Shown here in pieces: positions 36,406 through 46,317 of a stretch of 64,000 nt of DNA (the first letter of the stretch is position 1; each line of letters opens with the position of its first letter). The notes beneath the pieces are model-generated. The model did no database searches. It saw nothing but the letters and a program-made list of their open reading frames with translations, and was not told the origin of the DNA. Source of the stretch: Planctomycetota bacterium (GTDB lineage: Bacteria; Planctomycetota; PUPC01; DSUN01). Location of the stretch: assembly GCA_041320515.1 (NCBI GenBank), contig JBGLNR010000001.1, positions 1,510,201 through 1,574,200 on the forward strand, written 5' to 3'. A program made the translations under genes and the position numbers.

Positions 36406-37925
36406 GACGACGCGATTTCTTGAAGGCCGCGGCCCTGGGCGCGACGGCGGCGGGGCTTTCCTGTCAGCGTCTCCCAGGGGCACGCCGCGGCGAACGCAGG
36501 CCCAACGTGGTCTTCATCCTGACCGATGATATGCGGTGGGACGCGCTGGGTTGCGCGGGGCATCCGTTCCTCAAGACGCCCCACCTCGACCGCATCGCCG
36601 CCGAAGGGGCACGGTTCGCCAACGCCTTCTGCACCACCTCCCTCTGCTCGCCCAGCCGGGCCTCGATGCTCTCGGGCCTCTATGCCCACGCCCACGGCGT
36701 GACGAACAATTTCACCGACTATCCGAACGCCCTCCCCAGCTTCCCCCGCCAGCTTCAGGCCGCAGGCTATGCCACCGCCTATATCGGCAAGTGGCACATG
36801 AACGAGGAGAGCGACGAACGCCGCCCAGGCTTCGACTTCTGGGCCTCACACAAAGGCCAGGCGAAATACTACGACACCGAGTTCAATATCAACGGCACCC
36901 GCGATGTGCTCAAGGGCTACTACACGACCCGCATCACCGACCTGGCGATTGACTGGATCGCGCAGCAGCGGCCGCAGGACAAGCCGTTCCTGCTGATGCT
37001 CGGCCACAAGGCCCCCCACTCGCCCAACACGCCCGAGCCGCAATACGAGCACCTCTTCGATGACGTGAAGATCGAGTATCCCCCCACGGCGTTCGCGCTG
37101 GAGGGCAAGCCCGACTGGATTCGCCAGCGGCTCGACACCTGGCACGGCATCTACGGCCCGCTCTGGGGCTTCCGCAAGGACTTCCCCGACCGACGCGTCG
37201 AAGCGTTCGCCGCCTTCTGCCGAGCCTATTATGCCACCATCAAGAGCGTGGACGACTCGGTCGGCCGCCTCTACGCGGCTCTCAAGCTGTCAGGCCAGCT
37301 CGACAACACGCTCATCATTTTCGTGGGCGACAACGGCTTCTTCCTGGGCGAGCACGGGGTGATGGACAAGCGGACGATGCACGAGGCCAGCATCCGCATC
37401 CCCCTCCTCGCCCGCTATCCCGCACTCATTCGCCCAGGCGCCGTGGTGCCCCACATGGTGCTCAACGTGGACCTGGCGCCCACCATCCTCGACATGTGCC
37501 GCGCGGCTCCACTCCCGAAGGTCCATGGCCAATCGTGGAAGAACTTGCCGAACTGGGTGACGCAACCTGGCCGGGAGGACATGGTGAGGTACTTCGACTG
37601 GCGAAACTCCTGGTTTTACGCCTACGACTACGAGAAGCAGTTCCCCTACACGCCGAACGTCCGGGGTGTGCGGACCGACCAGTGGAAGTACATCCACTAC
37701 CCGCACGGCGACAGCGGCCCCGACCGCCACAAGGCCGAACTCTATCACCTCAAGTCCGACCCGCTCGAAACGAAAAACCTCATAGACGACCCCGCCCACG
37801 CCCCGAAGCTGGCCGAACTGAAGGCCGAGCTGGAGCGCCTGATGAGGTCCGCCGGCGCCCTCCCCGACCGCATGCCCCTGGACGAGGGCGTCAAGGCTAC
37901 GCTCCCCGAGAAGTCCATCCGCTGA
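36402..37925 (+). CDS. Formylglycine-dependent sulfatase with a Tat-type signal
   Basis: [18 protein letters not shown] is a twin-arginine signal. [15 protein letters not shown] and the [11 protein letters not shown] (C-x-P-x-R) motif are present. Confidence 0.9.
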   Translation: MRRRDFLKAAALGATAAGLSCQRLPGARRGERRPNVVFILTDDMRWDALGCAGHPFLKTPHLDRIAAEGARFANAFCTTSLCSPSRASMLSGLYAHAHGVTNNFTDYPNALPSFPRQLQAAGYATAYIGKWHMNEESDERRPGFDFWASHKGQAKYYDTEFNINGTRDVLKGYYTTRITDLAIDWIAQQRPQDKPFLLMLGHKAPHSPNTPEPQYEHLFDDVKIEYPPTAFALEGKPDWIRQRLDTWHGIYGPLWGFRKDFPDRRVEAFAAFCRAYYATIKSVDDSVGRLYAALKLSGQLDNTLIIFVGDNGFFLGEHGVMDKRTMHEASIRIPLLARYPALIRPGAVVPHMVLNVDLAPTILDMCRAAPLPKVHGQSWKNLPNWVTQPGREDMVRYFDWRNSWFYAYDYEKQFPYTPNVRGVRTDQWKYIHYPHGDSGPDRHKAELYHLKSDPLETKNLIDDPAHAPKLAELKAELERLMRSAGALPDRMPLDEGVKATLPEKSIR

Positions 37926-38883
37926 ACGCAGGAAGACCTCGGCGACGGCGGAGGAGAAGCTGCAACGCGAGAAGGCGTTCCACGGCCAACGCTGGGGCGA
38001 CGACTCGCCGCGGCAGCTCAACGACGAGTTCCACTCGATCATGGAGGCCGCCCGCGCCTTCTAGCGCAGCGGCGTCCTGTCCCAGTGCAGACAAGTGGGG
38101 AGAAAGGGCGGGGGCGACTGGCCGCACTCTGACGGCCGTTGCGACGTTGCTGGCCGTCGCACCGGCCAAGGAAACGGTGCGTGAGACAGCCGTTCGCCGG
38201 GCGTCCAGACTGCCGTGGCGGTTAGCTCGCGGGCGGCGGGGGGGATATCCGCGAACTCACACTCCGCCACGGCGGCCGGACGAGACGCTGGCGTTCAGCC
38301 AGTCGCCCCCGAGATTATCAAGTGTGGCCCCTCGCCCCGGCGCCATCACGTGAGAGCCGATGTAGCGCCGATGCCTTGTCCGCCTCCTGAGTTTTCACTC
38401 TCGATGCCACACGGTTCAAGGGGCCTCCTGGGACATCAATTTGTCCCAGGCTGTCTTACGTAAGAGCAAGTGCCGTGCCAAGAGGGGCGGAAAAACGCGA
38501 AGAGCACACCGGTCTGGGGTCATCGGCATGCGTAAAGCGCGTGTAGGCAATGTGTTACGATTCAGACGGCACGACATGGCCGCGCTGCCGGGATGCGCTC
38601 TGGCACTGGCCTGGCGATCGGTGTGTCTGAAGTGATCTTCCGACTCTGTCCGCGCAATCCTCGGCGTTCCGGAGCGTAAGAGATTGGTGCGACAGTAGTT
38701 AGCCCTGGCGCCACACTGCTGTGGCGCCCGTGCGGCGCCTCAAGCGGCATCCGAGCGGGGGAAAGTGAAGCACCCGAGTCCCAAAGCAGTTTCGCTGAAT
38801 ACCCGGGCCAGCGAGCCGTCAAACATGATAGAATAGTAGAGGGGGCGGGGTGCGCCCCGAAGTGTCCAGAAAGGAGCACGACC

Positions 38884-39738
38884 ATGTATCCCAGCAGAGC
38901 ATTCGCCACTGTCGTCCTTGGCCTTGCCGCCGCGCTGGCGCCGCGTGGGGCGTCCGCCGCGGCCACGCCGCTCTCGACCGACTACCGGCATGCCGCCCAG
39001 GCCGACAAGCAGGCCGCGCAGGGGGGCGGCACGCTCTCCGAGAGCGCGGTGCTGCCCCGCGGGCTGCGGCTGGCCGCGCCCGACGCGAAGGGGGAGAAGT
39101 CCCAGGCCGCCGCGACGGCCATCTACCTCTTCAAGGTGTCGCCGGACGCCACATCGTTCACCATCGAGGTGGGCTACCGCGCCGACGCCGCGACGAAGGA
39201 CAAGGGGGCCGCCGGCCTCCTCTTCGTCCGCAACAGCAGGCCGGCGGGCGGGAAGCCCATCGAGCCCCAGAACCGCCCCGTGGCGCAAAAGCCCGAGGCG
39301 GCCCCCTCCGGCGACCTCTACCCCCTGAAGGGCGCCGAGACGACCGCGTCCTTCACCGTGCCAAGCGCGGGCCGGGTCGTGGATGGCGCCCTGGAGGTTC
39401 ATCTGGTCGCCCAGGCGGGGCAGGCATTCGACGCGCTATACGTGCAAGTCGAGTCCCATCGCGCCGCGGACGGCTACGCGGGCCGCGGCAGCTACCAGGT
39501 GCCACAGGTGCCCTCGGGGCGACCCTACGACCCGCTGAACTACGGGCAGCCGCCGCCCCTGGCCGGCTGCGGCGTGCCGAACCTCTACCCCAACCTCTAC
39601 GGAGCCGGCCACGCGACCTCGCAGGACCCCATCTTCTGGAACCAGGTCTGGCAGATGCAACGGCCGCACATGTACAACCTCTACCCGTACCCCTACCCCT
39701 ACCACGGCGGGCACGGGCACGGGCGGCATGGCAGGTAG
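38884..39738 (+). CDS. Secreted hypothetical protein with a Tyr/Pro- and His-rich C-terminal tail
   Basis: AAAGGAG RBS and a signal peptide. The C-terminus is NLYPYPYPYHGGHGHGRHGR. A possible extended -10 (TGATAGAAT) lies at 38826-38834. Confidence 0.7.
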   Translation: MYPSRAFATVVLGLAAALAPRGASAAATPLSTDYRHAAQADKQAAQGGGTLSESAVLPRGLRLAAPDAKGEKSQAAATAIYLFKVSPDATSFTIEVGYRADAATKDKGAAGLLFVRNSRPAGGKPIEPQNRPVAQKPEAAPSGDLYPLKGAETTASFTVPSAGRVVDGALEVHLVAQAGQAFDALYVQVESHRAADGYAGRGSYQVPQVPSGRPYDPLNYGQPPPLAGCGVPNLYPNLYGAGHATSQDPIFWNQVWQMQRPHMYNLYPYPYPYHGGHGHGRHGR

Positions 39739-39947
39739 GCCCTGCCGCATGCCCGGGCGGCCCCAATGCCGGGCCGGCGGCGCGTAGGGGCGCCCCTGCG
39801 TGGGCGCCCTCTGCCGGCGCCAGGGCCGGCGCTGGCTACGTGTGTCGGGGCATCCGCGCCTGCCCAGGCGCCTGAAGAGGGCGGCCACACAGGGCCGCCC
39901 CTACCTGCGCCGGACGAGCGCGTCGCTGTCACGGGCAGGAAAGCAGA

Positions 39948-39975
39948 CTGGCACAGCCGGGGGCGGCTGTGCCAG
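39948..39975. terminator. 11-bp stem-loop between convergent genes
   Basis: CTGGCACAGCC-GGGGGC-GGCTGTGCCAG. Confidence 0.5.
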
Positions 39976-40009
39976 TGGGGGGGAATGCGAGGGACCGCGA
40001 GGGGGCGGC

Positions 40010-40978
40010 TCACTTCTCCTTGGTGATCTTGTAGGCCTGGCCCTCGACGACGAGGATCATCGGCTCGTTCTTGGCCAGGTAGATGCCGATGGTCGGGTGC
40101 TTCTTGAGGAGGGCGAAGCACTCGTCGCTGAGGGACTTGACCTCGATGAGCTTGGCCTTGTGCGTCGCCTCGTCGTAGAGGCTGTCGTGGAGGAAGCCGT
40201 CGGCCTTGCGGTAGAAGGTCTTGTCGCCGATGGTCACGATGGTCGCGGCGGCGGCGCGGTCGAGGTCCAGGCTCTTCGCCTCGTCGTCCCCGAAGCCCAC
40301 GCGGTGGCCGCCGCCTCCTGGTCCGGCGGGGGCTGGGGCTGCGCTGCTGCCCTGCTTGTGGAGTTCCTGGGCGCGCTCGACGGCGCCGCGGCCGTCGCGG
40401 GGCGCGTTGGCGAAGGTTGCCCCTGCCTCGCGCAGGCGCTCGGCAAGCTGGGGCCGGGCGCCGTCCTCGACCACGAGGAACGAGGTGTAGGGGGTGACGA
40501 TGCCGTACTGCTTGCCGAGCTTCACGATCTCGTCCTCAAGCTCCTTGTTCTTGCCGCGGAGGCGGATTTCGTCGAGGAGGTAGGCCACCTTGCGGACGGC
40601 CCACAGGCGGGGCAGGAAGCCGTTGTCGGCGGTCTCGGCAAAGGTGGTCTCGTAGACGAACTCCTGGGGCTTGCCGCCCACGGTGCCCGAGAGCTTGATG
40701 GCCTTGGCCCCGCCGCCCTGGAAGCGGCCGAGGAGCATAAGCTGGCTGCCCCTGAAGAGATCGGGCAGCGTCTTCGGATACACGTCGAGGGTCTTCAGGC
40801 CGGGGATGTCGAGCTTCAGGTCGGACAGCACGGGGTTGGCCACCTTCTGGTAGAAGGTGGAGACCTTGACCTCGATGTTCTCCTTGGGCGTCACGTAGTC
40901 GGACGTGGCGCGGTTGTCGCCCGCCAGGCGGTCGAGGAGTTCGGTACTGCCGATTGTGCTCGCCCAGACACGCGACAC
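40010..40978 (-). pseudogene. C-terminal portion of a VIT/vWA-family (inter-alpha-trypsin-inhibitor-like) protein, 5'-truncated
   Basis: The ORF starts (GTG) at ..TIGSTELLDRLAGDNRATSDYVTPKENIEVKVSTFYQKVANPVLSDLKLD.. In homologues this follows the vWA domain. No VIT or vWA domain is present, and a stop lies 2 codons upstream. Confidence 0.6.
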
Positions 40979-41052
40979 AACTCACGGTATATCAACAACT
41001 TACGAATTGACTCACTCCAAACCAGCCCGAATCTGACAATCCCCACAACACA

Positions 41053-41093
41053 CAACAGGTTGTGGCTGCCGCCGAGCACGCCACAACTTGTTG
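41053..41093. repeat. 13-bp inverted repeat with a 15-nt spacer at the left edge of the defence island
   Basis: CAACAGGTTGTGG ... CCACAACTTGTTG; 12 of 13 positions are complementary. Confidence 0.7.
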
Positions 41094-41297
41094 ACTCGGC
41101 AGAGTCGGCAGACTCGGCAGGTTCTCGGGGGGGGGCTCGCCGGCCCCACGTGGCCGCACCACGGAGACACGGAGGCCACGGAGGGTCCCGTGCGGAGAAA
41201 GCCCCCCGCAATCGGTTCTCACACAGAGGCGCAGAGGCCGCAGAGAAGACCTGCCCCCGAAAGGACGCGAAACGCGAGACGCGAAACCCATACTTGA

Positions 41298-41328
41298 CCA
41301 CGGATGGCACGGATGGGCACTGATGGGA
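41298..41328. repeat. Tandem CACGGATGG(G)-type repeat, left island edge
   Basis: accacggatggcacggatgggcactgatggg. An inverted, near-identical copy lies at 48021-48060. Confidence 0.7.
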
Positions 41329-41379
41329 GAAGAGGGGGCCAACCACAGAGACACTGAGAACATGAAGCAGGCCGCAGCA

Positions 41380-43800
41380 TCAGCCGCGCACCAGGGTATC
41401 AATCGCCTGCCAGTCGGGGCCTTTGGGCATGACGAAAAGGCACCGCCCACGGCTCCGGTCCGACCACAGCTCGCCCACGTCGCGCTTCTCCTTCGAGTCG
41501 TCGTTGCTCCACCGATCCACGCTCTTGTACTCTACGACAGCAGTCCGACCGTTCTTGAGCCACGCTATGAAATCGGGGTGGAACTTGTCGGTGGAGGTCT
41601 GGAGCGAGAAGGACTTGTCGCCCCTATCCAGGTTCCTCAACCACACGTCCACTTCCGGCATCTGATCGATGTGCGCGGCGCATTCGGCCTCCTCGCCATT
41701 CATGTCGCCCACCACGCCGAACAGGTGCTTGCGGAAGCGCTGGGGCACTTCATAGAAGCGGTTCGGCGCATAGCTGGCCTCGTCCATTGTCAGGCATACC
41801 TCAGGGCTGACCTCGAACGCCCCGCGGTTCGGCCTCAGCAGCATCCTCTGGTAGCCGCGGGCCTTGTGCTCGCGCATCACGCCGTCAATCCTGAGCCACA
41901 GGGCATCGGCTAGCCGGAACTTGTCTCTCGCCAGTTGATCGAGCGCCAGGCCGCGCGACTCCATCAGATGCTTGACGGCATTGTGGATGAAGAGAGCCGA
42001 TTGGCTCTGCGGGATTGCGTTGCGCCGTTCCTGGTCAAGCAGTGTGCGCCGGTCGAGCCAGTTGGCGAAGCTCGGCAGGGTCCACCCCTCCTCGTGGCCG
42101 AAGAAGGCGATCTGCGCGTGGAGGTCGGTGACAAAGTTCCCCACCCTCACCTTCCCCGCCTCGTCCACGTCCACCTGGGCCTCTTGCGCCGCGGCAACCA
42201 TGGACGGGAACTCAGCTTCGGTCAGAGCCGCGTCGCACGCCGCCAGGTTCCAATCGTCCGGCAGCAGGTGGCTGCTGTCGAAGACCTCCAGTTGCCTGCC
42301 CCTGCGGATGCACAGTAAGGGGATTGAGAAGGGTAGGGCCGTTCCGCGCCGCGCCGGCGCCTCGGGCACACCACCCGGGCCGAACAACGGCCCGAAGTCC
42401 TGCTGCTCCGCCGGCTCCACAAAATCGCTTGCCTCCATGCGCTGGAAACCGGCGCCCTCGATCAAGGCATCCCGCAGCGACGCCGCGGTCTGAAGGAAGT
42501 TCTCCGAAGCAGCAAAGGCATACGCGCAGTTCAGCCCCTCGCGCCTCTTCCGCCTGGCATGTGGCAGCCGCAGAATGCGGCCCAGCACCTGCTCCACGGC
42601 CGTGGCTGTACTCACCTGCGTCAGAGAGCACAGGACGTAAGCGAAGGAGCAATCCCATCCCTCCGTCAGCGCCTTCACCGTGATGATGTAGCGAAACTTG
42701 CACTTCGGGTCGAACAGGTCAACGTTCTCGATCCCACGGGTCTCGCCTGTCGCTATCGCTATCTCTTCCTGGGGGACCTTGTGGTCGTCTATCAGCGCGC
42801 GGCGCAGCACGCCCACATTCACGTCGTCGCCGTGGATCGACTCGGCCTGGAACAAGACGATGGGCCGGATGTGCTCGCCGGTTTCACTCTCCTCGGCCTC
42901 TGCGAGTTCCCGTAGCTCGCGCTCCTTGTCCAAGGCGTCTCGCACGATAGTCTGCCAGTCGCCCCGCGTCCGCAGCTTGATCGGCAGCTTGATCATGTTG
43001 TCGGCCTTCAACTCGCGGGCCGACACGTGGTGCAGGACGTTGCTGGCGTACCTCTTCTGCGCTGGGTCATGCGTGGTCTCAGGCGTCGCAGTGAACTCAA
43101 CGATGCAGGACGGCAGCAGGCGCGTCAGGGTCTCAAAGGTCAGCTCTGTCCTCGCCTTGTGCGCCTCGTCCATGACCACGACCGGCCGCCGCATGCGCAA
43201 CACGTTCGCCAGCGAGTGCAGCGGCCGGCCCGCGCTCTCTGTCTCCAGGAGCGCCAGCACGCTCCCCTGCACCGCGTCGAAGTGGTGCTGCAAGTGGCCA
43301 TCGGACTCGTAGACCTTGCGCCCCTCCGTGTCCTGCACCCGCAGCGATTGGAGCGTCGTCACGATGATCGTCGTGTTCCCATCCAGGGCCGCTCGCGACA
43401 CGTAGAGCGCGTCGGCCAGGTCGAGCACGGCGACGCGCCCGGGGAAATCGGCCTCCAGGGCCTGCCGATACGGATGCCGCGGCTCCCTCAGCGCCCGTAT
43501 CGTCTGCTCGCGGATGGCGTTCGACGGCACGAGCCACAGGCACACGGCGCGGTCGGCCCGCAGGTATTCCCGCGTCACGATGCCCAGGGCGTGGCAGGCC
43601 ATGAAGGTCTTGCCCCCGCCCGTAGGCACGCGCAGGCAGACGTAGGGCATGCCCTCCAGCCGCGGCGCGCTCACACGCTTGTAGGCCCGCTCGGTGATCT
43701 CGTAGAACGCCACGCTCGGGTTGCCGCTCTGCACCACCAGGCGCAGGTACTTCGCCAGGGTGTCCAGGCTGTCCCGCTGGTATCCGCGCAACTCCAACAT
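41380..43800 (-). CDS. res: Type III restriction enzyme Res subunit (SF2 helicase plus C-terminal PD-(D/E)xK nuclease)
   Basis: Start at MLELRGYQ. Walker A-like VPTGGGKT and DEAH-like VVMDEAHK are present. The C-terminus HPDFIAWL...VVEYK is nuclease-like. The track ORF's upstream extension into the repeat is rejected. Confidence 0.85.
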   Translation of the reverse strand: MLELRGYQRDSLDTLAKYLRLVVQSGNPSVAFYEITERAYKRVSAPRLEGMPYVCLRVPTGGGKTFMACHALGIVTREYLRADRAVCLWLVPSNAIREQTIRALREPRHPYRQALEADFPGRVAVLDLADALYVSRAALDGNTTIIVTTLQSLRVQDTEGRKVYESDGHLQHHFDAVQGSVLALLETESAGRPLHSLANVLRMRRPVVVMDEAHKARTELTFETLTRLLPSCIVEFTATPETTHDPAQKRYASNVLHHVSARELKADNMIKLPIKLRTRGDWQTIVRDALDKERELRELAEAEESETGEHIRPIVLFQAESIHGDDVNVGVLRRALIDDHKVPQEEIAIATGETRGIENVDLFDPKCKFRYIITVKALTEGWDCSFAYVLCSLTQVSTATAVEQVLGRILRLPHARRKRREGLNCAYAFAASENFLQTAASLRDALIEGAGFQRMEASDFVEPAEQQDFGPLFGPGGVPEAPARRGTALPFSIPLLCIRRGRQLEVFDSSHLLPDDWNLAACDAALTEAEFPSMVAAAQEAQVDVDEAGKVRVGNFVTDLHAQIAFFGHEEGWTLPSFANWLDRRTLLDQERRNAIPQSQSALFIHNAVKHLMESRGLALDQLARDKFRLADALWLRIDGVMREHKARGYQRMLLRPNRGAFEVSPEVCLTMDEASYAPNRFYEVPQRFRKHLFGVVGDMNGEEAECAAHIDQMPEVDVWLRNLDRGDKSFSLQTSTDKFHPDFIAWLKNGRTAVVEYKSVDRWSNDDSKEKRDVGELWSDRSRGRCLFVMPKGPDWQAIDTLVRG

Positions 43801-43840
43801 CCGCGCCCTTCCTCTTCGCGTCCGTAGTGCGGCCCTCAGG

Positions 43841-44010
43841 CCAGGCGGCGGAGGGAACCTATAAGGAATGCAGGAAGGCAGGAAAGGAGGAGAGAACGCC
43901 ACGGACGGTCCCGGCAACCCAACCCCCGCTCTGCTTCCTGGGTTCCTGCATTCCTTAGAGGCATCTCCTCTGGCCTCGATGGTTCCGCGTGCAAGTCTGC
44001 ACGCCCTACC
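43841..44010. repeat. About 170-bp structured repeat, copy A, between res and hepT-1
   Basis: It aligns along its full length with 44788-44959. It contains long hairpin arms CTATAAGGAATGCAGGAA / TTCCTGCATTCCTTAGAG and the terminal hairpin CGTGCAAGTCTGCACG. Confidence 0.85.
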
Positions 44011-44380
44011 GCTGCTCTTCCTTTTGGAACGGCAGCCTGTCCGGGAACTCCTTGGCCAGCACTTCCGCCACGAGGCCACGGAGCTTGGGCGTATCCTGAG
44101 TGGCCGCGGCCCACACGAACTCCCACTTGACGCCGAAGTAGACGTGGACTGCCCGATTGCGAAAAGTGATGACGTCGTCCCATTGGACTTGCGGGTGCCG
44201 CTTGCGGAGTGCCTTGGACACCCGCGCGGCTGCCTCGCCGATGATGATCAGCTTGTAGAGAACGGCGTCGTGCCTGACCTCATCTTTCAGGAAGGCACCC
44301 TGATCCACGCCGGCCAAGTACCGCGCGATCGTGTCCGCGGTCTCGACGATGTCGCACAGGTACAGTTCCTCACGCCGCAT
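44006..44380 (-). CDS. hepT: HepT (DUF86, HEPN) toxin, copy 1
   Basis: The Rx4HxY motif is in FRNRAVHVYF. It overlaps the upstream MNT gene by 11 nt. Confidence 0.9.
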   Translation of the reverse strand: MRREELYLCDIVETADTIARYLAGVDQGAFLKDEVRHDAVLYKLIIIGEAAARVSKALRKRHPQVQWDDVITFRNRAVHVYFGVKWEFVWAAATQDTPKLRGLVAEVLAKEFPDRLPFQKEEQR

Positions 44381-44672
44381 AGAGCACCTTAGCGCTGGCC
44401 AACACCGCGTCGCGGATCAGGGGCTTGAGGCAATCCCTGGGAACCAGGTCCACGCGCCGATGGAAGAGCTGGCTCAACTCTCGCTCGCACTGCGCCCAGG
44501 CGAGGAAGCCCATGTGGGCGTCGTCGGCAAACAGCACCAGAAGATCAATGTCGCTCTTCGGCCCGAAGTCATCCCGCACGGCGGACCCGAAGATCTCGAG
44601 CCGCGTGATCTTCCAGCGGCGGCAGAAGTCGGCCAGCGTCTCCATCGGCACCTCGATGACGAATGGGGCCAT
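44370..44672 (-). CDS. mntA: MntA minimal nucleotidyltransferase antitoxin, copy 1
   Basis: FGSAVRDDFGPKSDIDLLV carries the GSx10DxD motif. AAGGAG RBS precedes ATG 44672. Confidence 0.9.
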   Translation of the reverse strand: MAPFVIEVPMETLADFCRRWKITRLEIFGSAVRDDFGPKSDIDLLVLFADDAHMGFLAWAQCERELSQLFHRRVDLVPRDCLKPLIRDAVLASAKVLYAA

Positions 44673-44787
44673 GCCGGTTTCTCCTTCCGCCCTCATTATG
44701 CGCGAACCGCGCCTGGGGCGCAAGCCGCCCTCAGGGGCCTGTCATTCCGGGCGGAGCGCAGCGAAGTCGAGGAATCTCTCTGGCTCC

Positions 44788-44959
44788 CCAGGCGGCAGAG
44801 GGGACCTATAAGGAATGCAGGAAGGCAGGAAAGGAAGAGGAAACGCGACTCGGGGGTTCGGCAACCCAACCCCCGCTCTTTTTCCTGGGTTCCTGCATTC
44901 CTTAGAGGCATCTCTTTTGGCCCCGATGGCTCCGCGTGCAGGTTTGCACGCCCTACCAC
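44788..44959. repeat. About 170-bp structured repeat, copy B, immediately 3' of the DUF2283 gene
   Basis: See copy A. The terminal motif ccgcgtgcaRgtYtgcacgccctacc recurs a third time at 46150-46178. Confidence 0.85.
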
Positions 44960-45157
44960 TCAGCTCGCGACCTGAAAGTCCACCCGCCGCGCCTCGGGCA
45001 CGCGCCGCGAGGCGTCGAGGATTTCGATGCCCACGAGATTCCCCTCGGCATCGTAGTCCAGGATCACTCCCGGCTTCCCCTCGTCGCTCTCTGCCACGGG
45101 GCCGGGCTTCAGCTCCATGGTCAGCGTGTCGGTGTGGGGATCATACACTATCCTCAT
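44960..45157 (-). CDS. DUF2283-family small protein
   Basis: MRIVYDPHTDTLTMELKPGPVAESDEGKPGVILDYDAEGNLVGIEILDAS is the classic DUF2283 pattern. Confidence 0.85.
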   Translation of the reverse strand: MRIVYDPHTDTLTMELKPGPVAESDEGKPGVILDYDAEGNLVGIEILDASRRVPEARRVDFQVAS

Positions 45158-45190
45158 AGTCCGCTCTTGTGATGTCCTCTCATCTGCGCC

Positions 45191-45565
45191 TTACGGCGGG
45201 TCTCCCGTTGCGAACGGCAATCGCCCGGGGAACTCCTTGGCCAGGATGTCGCCCACGAGGCGGCGGACCTCTGGCGCATCCTTGCTTGCCGCAGTCCATA
45301 CGTTTTCCCATTTGACCGCGAAGTAGACGTGGACGGCTAGGTTGCGGAAGATGATCAGGTCCTCCCACTCGACCAGCGGGTACCGCTTACGGAAGGCCTT
45401 GGGGAGGCGAGCGGCAGCTTCGCCGATGATGATCAGCTTCATGAGCACCGCGTCGCGTTTGTCCCTGTCGGCCAGGAACGCCGCGCGGTCCACACCACGA
45501 AGCGATACTTCGATCGCGTCGGCCGCCTCGACCATGTCGGCCAGGTAGAGTTCCTCACGCCGCAT
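45191..45565 (-). CDS. hepT: HepT (DUF86, HEPN) toxin, copy 2
   Basis: FRNLAVHVYF carries Rx4HxY. By eye, about 45 of 124 positions differ from copy 1. Confidence 0.9.
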   Translation of the reverse strand: MRREELYLADMVEAADAIEVSLRGVDRAAFLADRDKRDAVLMKLIIIGEAAARLPKAFRKRYPLVEWEDLIIFRNLAVHVYFAVKWENVWTAASKDAPEVRRLVGDILAKEFPGRLPFATGDPP

Positions 45566-45857
45566 ACAACACCTTCGCGCTGGCCAGCACCGCGTCGCGG
45601 ATCAGCGGCTTGAGACCGTCCCTGGGCACCAGGTCAACTCGCCTGCCGAAGAGCTGACCCAACTCGCGCTGGCACCGCGCCCAGGCCAGGAAGCCCATTT
45701 CCACGTCAGGCTCAAACAGCACGAGGAGGTCAATGTCGCTCTTCGGCCCGAAGTCATCCCGCAACGCGGAGCCGAAGACCTCGAGCCGCGTGATCTTCCA
45801 CCGGCGGCAGAAGTCCGCCAGCGTTTCCATCGGGACATTCATGGCATATGGGGCCAT
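45555..45857 (-). CDS. mntA: MntA minimal nucleotidyltransferase antitoxin, copy 2
   Basis: FGSALRDDFGPKSDIDLLV is present and a GGAGGA RBS precedes the start. By eye, about 15 of 100 positions differ from copy 1. Confidence 0.9.
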   Translation of the reverse strand: MAPYAMNVPMETLADFCRRWKITRLEVFGSALRDDFGPKSDIDLLVLFEPDVEMGFLAWARCQRELGQLFGRRVDLVPRDGLKPLIRDAVLASAKVLYAA

Positions 45858-45899
45858 CGCCCGTCCTCCTTCTGCCTCCATTATCTGCCAACCACGCGG

Positions 45900-46317
45900 G
45901 ACGCGCAAGTGGAGCAGGCATCCTGCCTGCCGATTGCAGGCGGGACGCCTGCACCACTTCACTCTCGTCGCGAAGCTCCTGCTTCGCCACGGTCATACGG
46001 AAGCTCCTGCTTCCGCTCTTTCGCGGCGGGAGCCGCGCGGTTCACGCTAGAAGACACAGCCGAGGGCGGCTGCGCCACACAATCGCCACGATCGTGCGGC
46101 TCTCGTAGGGTGTGCACACCTGCACACGCAACTCCCGCCCCCGTCCTTTCCGCGTGCAAGTTTGCACGCCCTACCACGATGGCAGCCGTAGGGACGGGCG
46201 GCCCGCCTGTCCCATCTTCGACTACGGCAGGCGTGGGGACAGGCGGCCCGCCTGTCCCATCTTGGACACGCGAGCCGCGTGTCGCTACGACCAGAAACGG
46301 AGTGCACGCAGCGCCCA
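45900..46317. repeat. Cluster of REP-like hairpins between mntA-2 and mod
   Basis: Hairpins present: GCAGGCA-TCC-TGCCTGC, GCAGGCG-GGA-CGCCTGC, GTGTGCACACCTGCACAC and CGTGCAAGTTTGCACG. There are also two tandem copies of GGGAC(G/A)GGCGGCCCGCCTGTCCCATCTT. Confidence 0.8.

Noticed and set aside
37924-38064. Open frame directly after the sulfatase stop, reading ..AEEKLQREKAFHGQRWGDDSPRQLNDEFHSIMEAARAF*, possibly a gene remnant.
   Set aside because: It has no start codon or RBS, is only 46 codons long, and shows only a vague resemblance to methyltransferase N-termini. The evidence is insufficient to call a feature.
38562-39402. Minus-strand ORFs (38562..38966 and 38740..39402) in or next to the 0.8-kb gap.
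   Set aside because: They overlap the well-supported 38884..39738 plus-strand gene in antisense. They have biased Arg/Gly/Ala composition, no RBS and no motifs.
43868-45159. Track ORFs starting MQEGRKG... (43868..44392 and 44815..45159), which look like a conserved small protein in both 170-bp repeats.
   Set aside because: Differences between the two copies are mostly non-synonymous in this and every other frame. The ORFs run antisense into hepT-1 and the DUF2283 gene. The conservation follows hairpin arms rather than codons.
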